Shown here: piece by piece, positions 1 to 11,999 of the stretch
How positions within the stretch are numbered: position 1 is the stretch's first letter
Layout of the letters: each line of letters starts with the position of its first letter
Assembly: GCF_009914755.1 (NCBI RefSeq)
Contig: NC_060942.1
DNA: 64,000 nt
Direction: 5' to 3' (one strand)
Source of the DNA: the human T2T-CHM13v2.0 reference genome, Homo sapiens
Program-made: the position numbers and the translations under genes
Notes under the pieces: generated by a model
Database searches by the model: none
What the model was told of the DNA's origin: nothing
The model's input: the letters and a program-made list of their open reading frames with translations, nothing else

Positions 1-289
1 TCAATGTGGAGTGATACATATGAACAGGGAAGGCAGGAATTGATGGTAGCTATTTCTGGAGATGATATATCACAGACCCCTAATAGAACTCTCTAGGATA
101 ATAGCAGTTTTATCTGACCAGCTGTTTAGCTCTCTTTAAAACCTAGTTGGTATTGCTATTATTTAAGGAAGTTGATGGTTTAGGCTATTTTTCTATAGAA
201 TTAGTAAATGAGGGTTTGTGAAGCTTCTGAAAATGTACGCAGGATTTTGTACAGTGGTAATTTTGGGGTGGTGGTGGTGAAAGAAGCAG

Positions 290-535
290 TAGTACTTGGT
301 AATCAAATGTCTTAGGCTTAGGAGTCTCACGTAATTTTCCTATTAATTTAGGTGGTGCAACTTATGGATGTATTACTTTGGGTTAACTAGTTAGCCTCTC
401 TAAGCCTCAGTTTCTTTATTGATGAAATGGGCATAATAATATATGTATTTCATTGATTGTTGTAAGTCAATACATGTAAAGATCTTAGCACAGGGCTTGG
501 CACATAGTCATGGTCCAATAAATTTTTTTTATTAA
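290..535 (+). mobile_element. MIR SINE
   Basis: MIR core 'cctctctaagcctcagtttctttattgatgaaatgggcataataat' and 3' part 'cttagcacagggcttggcacatagt...caataaat'. Confidence 0.85.
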
Positions 536-1082
536 CATCATTCTCAATAAGTCAGTGAGCACCAGAAGGAGGAATACCATGGCCCTCTGTTTTCTGAGCA
601 CAAACCCTAAATTAGAGGATCAGAAATTCACATTCTTGGACTAAATTTCTTAAGACTCCAATTGAAGTACTTTCGTAAACTATGATAGAACAGGATGATT
701 TCAGGTTGAATCAGGTATTGATATAAGAAATGGGCAGGAAAAGAGTTTCCATGTATTTAAACTTGACTTTGGAAGTATTGTTTGTCCTGTGGCCCTAGTG
801 CCTATAAAGTTTGATAAGATAGGGTAGTGGGATGGGAAAAGATTTGCTCAGTCTTAAAGAACTTGTAAAAATTCCCCAGTCTACATGTGGAAGGTAGAAT
901 ATAGAGAAGGATCCTGGGATTGATTTAAGGAGTGGGCAGAGAATAGCTGCAGACCGTGGAGCAAAAGGGAAAATGAAAAGCATCCTTGGCAAATGCAGTG
1001 TTGGGAACCAGAGACAGAGTAAGATGGCAGCATGACATTTCAGCTGTGTATATTTCACCCCTCAGTTCACCACCCACAGTTC

Positions 1083-1163
1083 CCAAGCCCTGTGCTAACA
1101 TCTTTACATGTATTGACTTACAACAATCAATGAAATACATATATTATTATGCCCATTTCATCA
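1083..1163 (-). repeat. 81-bp inverted duplicate of 420-500 (MIR-derived)
   Basis: Reverse complement of 420-500 matches 1083-1163 at 80/81 positions. Confidence 0.95.
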
Positions 1164-1369
1164 CCCCTTAACACCCATATAAATGCTTTCTCCAGATGAT
1201 CTTCTTGTTTATCTTCTTGGTCCTCTTTTCTTTTCTCTTGTCTCCTTGTTCTTTTATTCACCTGACCTTTTAATTTTCTCTGATTCTTACCTGACTGAAT
1301 CCTCAGGCCAGTATACTGACAACCTCTTGGACATGTGCTTTAGGACTGCTAACTGTGGCCCATATCAAT

Positions 1370-2278
1370 TGTATTAGCCAGGGTCAATTATGGAAGCAAA
1401 AACCCTCTGAAGGTTATGGCTTAGAGATGTATTATTGGGATAAAACCTTACTGGCAAAGTGGGGAAATAAGGTTCCAAAGAGGGAATTGGAGGATCAAAG
1501 AAAAGTTGGTAACCAGCTCTGAAGCATGGCATGGGAGGACAAGTCAGAGCTTGCAAAAACTCTGGGAAGCCAGGCAGTTTTGCTGGGATGGGATCATGTT
1601 GCTTCTGTGTCTGGTGGTGGTTCTTGGGTCGCTCTTGAACACAGCCTGGCAACTGGGAAGAAGAGCTGAAGTGGAGGAGAGTGAGACGACCTGGAATCTA
1701 TTGGTACCTCTGCTTTGTCTCTTGCTATATCTACCACATTGACCCTATGGAGTAATGGCTGCTACTTCACTTCTGGCATCCAAATCTCACTCAGAATTCC
1801 TTGTCAGCTAAGTCTAACTTACAGTTCTGATATGGTTTGGCTGTGTCCCCACCCAAGTCTCATCTTGAATTGTAGTTCCCATAATCCCCACGTGTGGTGG
1901 GAGGGACTCGGTGGGAGGTAACTTAATCCTGGGGGTGGTTTCCCCCATGCTATTCTTGTGATAGTGAGTAAGTTCTCACAAGATCTGATGATTTCATAAG
2001 GGGCTTCCCTCTTCACTTGGCTCTCATTCTTCTCTTCCTTGCTGCCATGTGAAAAAGGATGTGTTTGCTCCTTCTTTCACCATAATTGTAAGTTTCCTGA
2101 GGTCTCCCCAGCCCAGTGGAACTGTAAGCCAATTAAACCTCTTTCCTTTATAAATTACCCAGTCTCAGGTATGTCTTTATTAGCAGTGTGAGAACTGACT
2201 AATACAGATCCTATAGGGAAAGAGTTCTGGGAAGTTTGGTTTCAGCCCAGCCAAGTTGATGTAGTGCAAAGTACTACA
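1370..2278 (-). mobile_element. LTR33-like ERVL solo LTR, split by a THE1 insertion
   Basis: 'ggctgctacttcacttctggcatccaaatctcac' and 'ttctgggaagtttggtttcagcccagccaagttgatgtagtgcaaagtactaca' resemble the reverse complement of the LTR33 5' end; starts tgtattag. Confidence 0.65.
1828..2206 (+). mobile_element. THE1C/THE1D MaLR solo LTR
   Basis: Starts 'tgatatggtttggctgtgtccccaccca', ends 'gaactgactaataca'. Confidence 0.92.
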
Positions 2279-2809
2279 CTATTTGACTCTTATTTTTTCT
2301 CATCTCTAATTTTAATGCACCCAGAGCTCTAGGTAATAGATGCTCCTGTCCCCAGGCTTTGCCCTGTGGGACCCATACTCAGGCTATTCAGTAGGGAAAT
2401 TGGGCAATGTGGTTCTGTTTATGAATAATGATTGTTATATAACTTATCTTGTTTTCCTTGATTCCTTGACTTCCAGGGAATTCAAATCAAACTTTTTTTG
2501 CCACCAAACAATAAGTATCTTAAGACTCTCCCACCTTTTTCTTTTTCAGTGCTTTCATCTTCATTATTCTTCTTCATAACATGGCTCCTGTTTATTTATT
2601 TCGCATATTTTAAAATAAACATTTAAATACATACATTAAGTATCTTTATATTTTAAAATGCTTTACTTTTTAAATAGGAAACAATTACATAAATAAAATT
2701 TCCAAAAGTAGAAAGTGAATATACATTGAGAAGTCTCTCTCTCTCATTCCTGCCCCTATATATTGGGTTTTTGTTCCTGCATGCCTTGCTGATCTTGCCA
2801 GAGATTTTT

Positions 2810-2902
2810 CTTCTTTGAGACAGGTCTTGCTATGTCACCCAGGCTGGATTGTGCAGCCTTGAACTCCTGGGCTCAAGCTATCCTCCTGCCTCAGGCTCCT
2901 TA
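2810..2902 (-). mobile_element. Truncated old Alu monomer (FLAM/FRAM/AluJ)
   Basis: 'gagacaggtcttgctatgtcacccaggctgg...gaactcctgggctcaag'; TSD tgccagagattttt at 2796 and 2903. Confidence 0.85.
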
Positions 2903-3799
2903 TGCCAGAGATTTTTTAATGCATATAGAAGAAAACAGAAATTTATCTTATTTTCATCCCTTCTTTACATAAATGGTAGCATTCCAGGTACAGTGATCTA
3001 TGCATTTTATTTTACATGTAACTATAAATATGTATACAACCATGAGAGATTTTTCTAAATAAATGCACATAAATACATAAGACCTTTCTCTTCTTTTGGG
3101 AGTAGATAGAATAGTAGATAATAGTAGATAGCAGAACCACAAATTGATGAATGATGAACCAACTATAAGCTATATTCCAAAGTTCAATCAAAATAATTAC
3201 TGTGTCATCTGTTGTGTTGGATGGTATATATTATTACTTGCCTTCTTAATCCTCACAATGAAATTGGCCCCATTTTAAATTCTGGAATCAGTTTATTTAC
3301 TCATTGCTTTAGGCTTACTCATCACCCCTCAGTTTACCACCCACAGTTCCCAAGTCAATCCTGAATGATGTGAAAACCATCTTCACATTAATGGTTAATG
3401 GTCTTGAATGACTCAATCTGCTGTAGGCACAATTGCCAGTGTGCCTGGGGTAAATCTGCAGAACCAAGGAAGCATAGGCTTTCCGTGTTGCTCATCCATG
3501 ACTGAGATGCTGGCTCAGGCCCTCCATTTGTCCTCCAGTTAGTCCTCTCTTTAAGACTGGATCTCTGTCTTGAAAGCCTTCCATATTTTCCCCTAGTTAA
3601 CTTTGACAATCTTTTTCTCAATGTTTGCCTGAATTATCTCTATATTTTCAGCTGTGTACTAGAATCCGGTTCAAAATAGATCCTCTTGGAATCACATTGT
3701 TTATAATCCCTTTCCTATGTCTTATCACTACATGGAAACTCTTGTTGCCATATCTCAGATAGTTGATTCAACCCCCCATGCACACTGCTAAGTTAAATC

Positions 3800-3893
3800 T
3801 AAATTCACTATTCCACTATGAATACTCTAGTGGAATCTTATTCACTATTCCACTATGAATTTAAATTCACTATTCCACTATGAATATTCTAGT
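3800..3893. repeat. Three copies of a ~21-32 bp unit with a short inverted segment
   Basis: attcactattccactatgaat three times; tagtggaat (3828-3836) is the reverse complement of attccacta. Confidence 0.9.
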
Positions 3894-3942
3894 TTGTACT
3901 ATAATGATTTGAATGGAGAAATTATCACTAAAACTAGTTCAA

Positions 3943-4148
3943 CAGCTGGGTGTGGTGGCAGTTACCTGTAATCCCAGCTACTCAGGAGGCTGAGGCAGGA
4001 GAATCTCTTGAACCTGGGAGGCAGAGATTGCAGTAAGCCAAGATTGCAGTACTGCACTCCTGCCTGGGCGATGGAGTGAGACTCCATCTTAAAGAAACAA
4101 ACAAAAAACCAAAACCCCCCCCCCCCGCCAAAAAACCAAAAAAACCCG
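3943..4148 (+). mobile_element. 5'-truncated AluS (right arm only)
   Basis: Alu right monomer with mutated tail containing a poly-C run; TSD aaaactagttcaa at 3930 and 4149. Confidence 0.92.
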
Positions 4149-4624
4149 AAAACTAGTTCAAGTTCTCTGTTCTTGGTCTTCTAGATCTGTTTTCTTTACA
4201 TTTTCCTTTTAGTCTGGCACACCATGAAACCAGGCACGCCTTACTCATCAAATTTGAATATGTGTTGTGTTTATTATTTTTGTGGATCAGACAGTAGAAG
4301 AAATATTGTTGAACAACCTAGTTGCATTAGGGTTAAATAAAAAATTTTAAAAGAATATGTAATTTTACTGACTTTGAAATCTGTAGAAAGTATTTCAAAG
4401 AGAAAAGTAAAACTAGCGTAGAGTTGTTTCTCAGATCACTGGCCAATGAGTTGCAGGGTGGCTTTAATAATACTGGTGGACTCTTTCTTGGATTACAAAA
4501 TTTTGACGATTACAGCTGGCTCTTCTCTGATTATACTTTCAAAGACATTCACTCTATTTCCTTTTAAATAATAGATGAACTGTATTAGAAAAGAATTACT
4601 CTGAAACTAAGGTACCTATTAATC

Positions 4625-4846
4625 CAGGGGTGTCCAATCTTTTTGCTTCCCTGGCCACATTGGAAGAAGAATTGTATTGGGCCACATGTAAGTAAAATAC
4701 ATATAACATTAATGATAGCTGATGAGAAGAAAAGATTGCAAAAAAATCTCATAATGTTTTAAGAAAGTTTAGGAATTCATGTTGGGCCACATTCAAAGCT
4801 GTTCTGGGCTGCATGTAGCCTGCAGGCCATGGGTTGGACAAGCTTA
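4625..4846 (+). mobile_element. MER30 hAT-Charlie MITE
   Basis: 'caggggtgtccaatctt...gggttggacaagctt'; imperfect 8-bp TSD tattaatc/tataaatc. Confidence 0.92.
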
Positions 4847-4940
4847 TATAAATCAATTTCTTTTCCAAGTCTTTCAAAAACCTCACAGTCAAAGTGAGGT
4901 TCACCTCTTTTGACAACATCTTAAAAATAGAAACATTGTC

Positions 4941-5290
4941 AGACCTGGTGCAGTGGCTCAGACCTGTAATTCCAACACTTCGGGAAGCTGAGATTCGAGC
5001 CCAGGAGTTTGAAATCAGCCTGAGCAACATGGCACAACCCCATTTCTACAAAAACAAACAAACAAACAGACAAACAAAACACAAAAATACAAAAATTAGC
5101 TGGGCATGGTAGAGTGTGCCTTTAGTCCCAGCTACTAGAGGGTTGGCAGGGGTAGGAGGTTGTGCCGGGATGGGAGAATCCCTTGAGCCAGGAGGTCGAG
5201 TCTGCAGTGAGCAATAATCACACCACTGCACTGCAGCCTATGTGACAGAGAGGGACCCTGTCTCAAAAAAAAAAAAAAAAAAAAAAAAAA
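4941..5290 (+). mobile_element. AluJ
   Basis: Dimeric Alu with J-type 'gagcccaggagtttga', long poly-A tail. Confidence 0.92.
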
Positions 5291-5476
5291 ATTACATGAT
5301 ACATTTTAATTGCAGATAAATACTGTATCTGGCGGGCTTAAGTCTATCAACTGTTTATTGCACAAGAATAGCCCTAACTGATGAAATATTTATGTGGTAT
5401 AGTCACAGATACTATTAAATAGGGATTTATTTTACAAGTAATTTAAACATCAGAATCATGAAATCAGAGATAGTAA

Positions 5477-6005
5477 CATTACAGGAAAGGGGTCCGGGTC
5501 CAGACCTCAAAAGAGGGTTCTTGGATCTCGCACAAGAAAGAATTCAGGGAGAGTCAGTAAAGTGAAAGCAAGTTTATTAGGAAAATGAAGGAATAAAAGA
5601 ATGGTTACTCCATAGACAGCAGGCCTGAGGGCTGATGGTTGCCCATTTTTATGGTTATTTCTTGTTGATATGCTAAACAAGGGGTGGATTATTCACGCCT
5701 CTCCTTTTTAGACCATAAATGGTGACTTCCTGACATTGCCATGGCATTTGTAAACTCTCATGGCCCTGATGGGAGTGTAATAGTGAGGATGACCAGAGGT
5801 ACTTTCGTGGCCATCTTGGAGATTTAGCCGGTTTCTTTACTGCAACCTGTTTTATCAGCAAGGTCTGTATCTTATGCTGACCTCCTATCTCATTCCGTGA
5901 TTTAGAATGCCTTTACTGTCTGGGAATGCAGCTCAATAGGTTTCAGCCTCATTTTATGTAGTTCCTATTCAAGATGCAGTTGCTGTTGTTCACATGCCTC
6001 TGACA
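5477..6005 (-). mobile_element. MER41A ERV1 solo LTR
   Basis: Minus strand starts 'tgtcagaggcatgtgaac...catcttgaatagg'; the other end reads 'acaggaaaggggtccgggtccagacc' on +; 4-bp TSD gtaa. Confidence 0.85.
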
Positions 6006-7084
6006 GTAAGGACCAAGGATTTTAGTTGAAATGCAATAAAAGCACATGGCTCCATGCTTATATTTCACATTATCCTCTAATTAATTGTACATGAAGTTGG
6101 AGAATGATGTGTGGGAATAAATTGATCTACTTTGTGATTTTCCCTAAAATTTTAACTTAATTGTAGCTAACAGGTATTTTATCACATATACCATTTGTAG
6201 CAGACTGTTTCCTGTAATTATTCAAAATATGATTTCCCTCTTTATGCCCATAAAATGGAGAGATAAAAGTGATTTTTCTTAAAAGGAGGCTTAGAATGTA
6301 CAAAAATGTACCTTTCTTATTCAGTGCTCTGAAAGGAGGCATTTTCTTCATTAACAGCATAAAATTATAATTCAAGGAGGAAATCTGATACAATGATTTA
6401 GAAGTAAAAGAAGCACATTGATTCTCCAAATCTTTAGCTTTTTGTTAGCACTCTTATAATTGCTGTTAAAAGAGCAATTTAGCTCTTAGAAGTGCTGGGA
6501 GATAATGCCTTTGTTAGCTGAGAGGCAGGAGAATGCAGTCAAATGGTGACTGTGAATTAGTCTAGGCAGGTTTCTGCTAGCAATCCGGGCTGTATTCAGG
6601 TCTGGCTTTGGAAACTCATTGCATCTCAGGTTGCCTATTCATTCACAGGGGAAGGTTGGCTTCATGGGGCAGCCGTGTTGGCACTCTTGGAAGATACAGC
6701 TGAAGTGCACGGGGCTTTTTCCTCCTAGGTGCTGACTGAGTGCAAAATTGCAGGCTGTGCTTGGACCACACAAATGCTCGTTCTCACAGCAACCTCTTGT
6801 GTGTTCTGAGTCTAGCTTCTATATAAAACCTCAAAGTGTGTGACTGAAATCCTGCTTGGGGAAGAGAAATGTCAAACAAAGATTACATGGAGAGAGTAAT
6901 TTATAGAGTGGCTGCAGATGGGAGATGAATACAAGTGAGAGAGCCATCGTGGATTTCCTCCAAGGTTAGAAGTGATGACTCCGGAGATCAGACTCCAGGT
7001 CACCTGCTCTGCTCATTATGCGCTGGATCTGTCGGAGGCATCTTCTGTTGGAGGCTTAGTCACCTTCTCTTAGTCAAGTCAATA

Positions 7085-7330
7085 ATTATTTTCTTCAATA
7101 GATGTTTTATATGCAACAGATAGTTTCTAAATGCCCAGCATTGAGATGGTTGCTGTTAGGAGATAACAAAGAAAAATCAGGTGCAGCATCTAATCTCAAG
7201 CATCTTGCAAGACTATTGAAGAGATAAGACAATTAAAATATATGAAAAGACAGCTTGTAATACAATATTTAAATGAAGTTGTGATAGATGGAGCACACCA
7301 CAGGAATTTAAAGAGATAAGTGTTAGTTAG
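7085..7330 (-). mobile_element. L2 fragment
   Basis: Degenerate similarity to the reverse complement of the L2 3' region. Confidence 0.45.
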
Positions 7331-7335
7331 ATGAA

Positions 7336-7632
<297 letters not shown>

Positions 7633-7956
7633 TAGATGAATTTTAAGAGATGACTTTATGGGACTAACCTCTGTACTTTACAGGATGGATGGGATTTGTG
7701 TGTGAAGATGGGGTGAGTAAATAGGGTAGTTGGGTCAGCCCAGCCCTAGTTGCCCTGTTCCCACTTCCCCACATTCCAGCCCACTGATCTTGCCTCCTAC
7801 GGACTCAGCTTTAACCCAGTTTCTGAGCCACTCTGAATGGGCCATTTCTGAACTTTTACCTGCTGCAAGACTCCCAGGTCTTTTTTGCTGCTGCTCAGCT
7901 ACAGGATCCGATGCCTTGTTGATGACTAGAATGCTCCCTTATTTTAAGGTTCACAT

Positions 7957-8454
7957 GTATTGTGGGTTAAATTATGCTTCCCCCTTTTGTCTGAATATGT
8001 TGAAGCCCTAACCCCCTGTACTAGTGAATGTGATCTTACAGAAATAAAGTCTTTGAAAATGTGATCAAGTTAAGATGAGGTCACAATGGATTAGGGTGGG
8101 CCCTAAATCCAATGACTCTTTCCTTACAAGGAAAAGAGAAATGGGGAACTTTGGACACAAAGATATGCAGAGAGGAAAACATCATATGAAGAGACAGAGT
8201 CACACAGGGGAGAAGGCCGTATGCAGATGGAGGCAGATTGGAGGGATGAAGCTACAAGTGAAGGAATGCTGGCTCCCACCAAAAGTGAGGACAGAGGGAA
8301 GGATCGTTCCCTAGAGCCAGTAGAGGGAGCCTGACCCTGTTAACAAGAAATTTTTGACTTCTAGTCTCCAAAACAATGAGGGAATAAATTTCTGTTGTTT
8401 TAAGCCACCTGGTTTGTGGTAATTTGTTATTACAGTCCTGGAAAACTCATGCAC
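7957..8454 (+). mobile_element. MLT1C-like MaLR LTR
   Basis: 'aagttaagatgaggtcac...ggattagggtgggccctaaatccaatgact', 'aataaatttctgttgttttaagccac'. Confidence 0.85.
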
Positions 8455-8626
8455 ATAGATTTAGAAAACAAGAGCTGCTTGCAATTTTCTTCCAGCACTC
8501 ACTTAGCTTACATAACCAGAACTTTGTTTTGGTGGCTGTTTCCAGTAATCATTTTATATAGCATTGATGCGATCAGGAATAATCAAAGCAATCAAAACAG
8601 TAGACTGGTTAAAATAATGGTAGTTT

Positions 8627-8894
8627 TGCATGTTCTCACTCATAAGTGGGAGTTGAACAATGAGAACACATGGACACAGGGAGGGGAACATCACACACAA
8701 GGGCCTGTCAGGGGGTGGGGGGCAAGGGGAGGGAGAGCATTAGGACAAATACCTAATGCATGTGGGGCTTAAAACCTAGAGGACAGGTTGATAGGTGCAG
8801 CAAACCACCATGGCACATGTATACCTATGTGACAAACCTGCACATTCTGCACATGTATCCCAGAACTTAAAGTAAAATAAAAAAATAAAAAAAA
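8627..8894 (+). mobile_element. L1PA7/8 3' end (5'-truncated)
   Basis: L1 3' UTR 'catgttctcactcataagtgggagttgaacaatgag', G-rich tract, A tail; TSD aatggtagttt. Confidence 0.92.
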
Positions 8895-10424
8895 ATGGTA
8901 GTTTATCTCTGCAGTGTTTGCTATGTAATCATTAAAATGAGGTAGAAAGAGATACTTCTTGTGGTGGAAATGACATACTTTTAAGTGAGAAAGGCAAGTT
9001 TCCAAACAGTATCTACTGTAATATTTGTACAAAAAGATATATAAAAGTTGAGTGTGAAAAAATATATATCAAAAGGTGAATTGTGGTTACCACTGGGTCA
9101 CAGGATTATGGATATTTTCTATATTCTCACTTACTAATGTCAATGTTCTAATTTATGTAAAGAACATTTATTTATTGTATGATCCAAAGTCATTTTAAAA
9201 ATTGATGGCAGATAAATGCAGTTTATGTTCAATTGCATCTTTTATGTGCTAAGCTTTTCTTTTCAGCTATGTTTTGAACACGATACTATCCTTTAAGTTG
9301 GACTGTGTTTTATTTTTGCAGCCACAAAATCAGAATATATGTTCTACTTGTAAATAAAGCAGAATCATTTTAATGGGTAAATGAGAAATATCAAATAGAA
9401 ATATAAACATATTTGTCATTTGCTATTACTATTTAAATTCTGAACATTGTGAAATCTTTAAACAAAGTAAGTTTGGAGCCTCCCTATTAAATTAGATTAT
9501 ATATGTAACAATCCCTTCTCCCCTGGTGTTTCTTAGAAACCACTACAAATTAATTGTTCCTGAGCGTTGGCCTCTGGAATGCACTTCTGCGAAAACCTGA
9601 TGTAAAAATCATTTCCCAAGTCCTTGACTTGGAATTTGAGTTTTTCTAAGACCTGGGCTCAATCTGCCTCCCATTATTTCTCTGCTGGAGGGAGCCCTAT
9701 GCTCCAGCAGAGAAATAAATGGAGGTAGATTGAGCCTGGCAGGACTTCTGAACTTACTGTTCAATAACACACCTCTTGCATGTCCACATTCATGTTTGTT
9801 TATCTTACCACAGCCATGAATTTCCGTTTCATGTTTCTTTACCTCAGAGGTTCTTCTTCTCTTCTGAGTCATAGACATAATTGAAAATGTGCTGAATCTA
9901 GGCTCCTTCCTAGAAAAGTGCTCAGAAATGCTCACAAACGACTTCAGGGCCTTTCTACAATCCTTGAAGCTGGCTCGTGTTCCTGTGGATGCTGAGTTAG
10001 GAAGCCCTGAATGTGACTCCCATACATTGCAACCACTCAAGGTAGTCCCTTTTCCACCCTGAAGTCTCTTTCTTGTTAAGTTCAGACCACATTAATTCTT
10101 CCTCTTCATAATTCTTACCACTTATGTTTTGTAGGACTTATTTCTAATACTGTGCGTTATAAATTATGTTTGCCTTCGTTTTCTCCTTGGGGATGGAGAC
10201 TCTATTATAACACTTTATATTACCTATAGTTTTTAGGAAAAACATACTAATAATAGGGTCACCCTAAATATTTGCTCATGCACAGTTGCCTTCACATGGG
10301 CTTTTTCTACAGTAAATTAGTTGTGTAATTTTCGAGGTTTTGTATATGATTTTAGGGTAAAGTCCAAATATTTGATAAATTTATAATTTAGCTATTCCCT
10401 TAGTACCATAGTACTAACATTTAC

Positions 10425-10635
10425 ATTAGAGGCAAATGGACCAGGTTTAACTCTGGCTTTGCCACTTAACAGTTTGATGAGCTGAACATTTTCTTAATTT
10501 CTCTTAATTTCTTTTCTATACATAAAGATAATAATACTTACATATTTTCCAGTGTAGTTGTGAAGATTGGATAGCTATTTAAGTAGATTATCACAGTAGC
10601 TCCCATGAAAGAGGCTCTGAAAAACATTAGCTATT
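10425..10635 (+). mobile_element. MIR
   Basis: 'ctggctttgccacttaac...gttgtgaagatt...aaacattagctatt'. Confidence 0.6.
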
Positions 10636-11061
10636 GTAATTCTTATAAAATACTCTAAATTTCATTTTGCGTTATACAGTTGTTCTCTCAAGGAGAAAAA
10701 AGCACATTTGTTGTATTTCCAATATCACGTTTGAGGATAATGCTTATTTCCAAAATTTAAATTTTGTTTAGGTAATCTTTTGTCATTCTGGTTATTAAAA
10801 CGTTCAGACAAGTTCTTGGTTTTCATATTTTTTGTTGAAAGGAAATTATTTTCTTCCCATCACCTGGCAAGAAATGAACATCATATTCACTTTAGTAAAA
10901 GAGACAGTATAACACAAGCAAAATAAGAAATGGGAATAAAAAGTGACTAAAACATATATTTTGTTAGCTTATTTCTAAATATTTCTGTCACCACTTTTTA
11001 TTTTAGTTTCACAATTTATTAAAAAAGGAAAGACTATTAATTGAATATTGCATATAGAAGT

Positions 11062-11516
11062 TATGTTAGTCTGTTGCATTGTTATAAAGGAATACTTTGG
11101 ACTGGGTAATTTATACTTGATCTTAGCCAAAAGGTGGAAAAGTGATGGACTGGGTAATTTATACAGAAAAGAGGTTTATTTGGCTCATGGTTCTTCAGGC
11201 TGTACATGAAGCATGGTGCTGGCATCTACTTCTGGTGAGGGCCTCAGGAAGCTGACAATCATGGCAGAAGGCAAAGGGGAACCAGTGTGCCACATGGTGA
11301 GAGAGAGAGCAAGGGGGTGTGGGAGGTGCCACATGCTTTTAAATGATCACATCTTCTATGAACTTAGAGTAAGAACTCACTCACTACTTCGAGCAGAGCA
11401 CCAAGCTGTTCATGAGGGATCTGCCCCCATGACCCGAATACCTGCTACTAGGCCTCACCTCCAACATCGGAGATTTTAACATGATATTTGGAGTGGAAAA
11501 ACATCAAACTATATCA
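11062..11516 (-). mobile_element. MSTB-like MaLR solo LTR
   Basis: 'aaaagaggtttatttggctcatggttct...ggcctcaggaagctgacaatcatggcagaagg...aaactatatca'. Confidence 0.88.
11113..11146 (-). pseudogene. 3'-truncated U2 snRNA retropseudogene (first ~34 nt)
   Basis: Minus strand atcacttttccaccttttggctaagatcaagtat versus U2 ATCGCTTCTCGGCCTTTTGGCTAAGATCAAGTGT (29/34); flanked by direct repeat tggactgggtaatttatac. Confidence 0.9.
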
Positions 11517-11999
11517 AAAGTTAACATACCAATAAAGCTCATGGAGACCTTGAATATTACACTTTGTTGTTGTTGTTTTTGTAGCGCAACAGGTTTTTTT
11601 TACAGTAACAGTTTGGTTCCGTTATATAAACTAAACTTTGGAAGAACCCTTCAGAAATAGTTTAGTTATTTATTTTTTTATATTGTGCCACAAATGCTCT
11701 TCAGCATGCATGCCTTTCACTTTCCACTTGGGGGTTTCTTTGATGAAGACAGTGCGAGCTGGTCAACAATGTTTGCTTCTCAGAGTGTTGACTCAGTGTA
11801 CTAGCCCAAATACAAGGACACAACCAATATGGAAAAACGACTTCACCCATGAGTCCTCATTGTCACTGTCAAATCTAACCTTTGAAACTACCATTATTTT
11901 TAAATTTTTTTATGCTTTTACTTTTATTTTTTTTTAATGTTTTAAAAGTATTTACTCTTTGCAGTGTTAATATTCCCTTTATATTGCTTTTTGTTTGCT

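Noticed and set aside
3160-3780. Possible pseudogene or ancient LINE RT remnant on the minus strand
   Set aside because: Only faint resemblance to RT motifs; all frames broken and no parent recognised.
3800-3893. CRISPR-like repeat-spacer array
   Set aside because: Eukaryotic DNA, only three copies, spacers tiny and self-derived, no cas genes.
9609-10040. 143-aa minus-strand ORF
   Set aside because: Non-ATG start, no homology recognised, no splice evidence.
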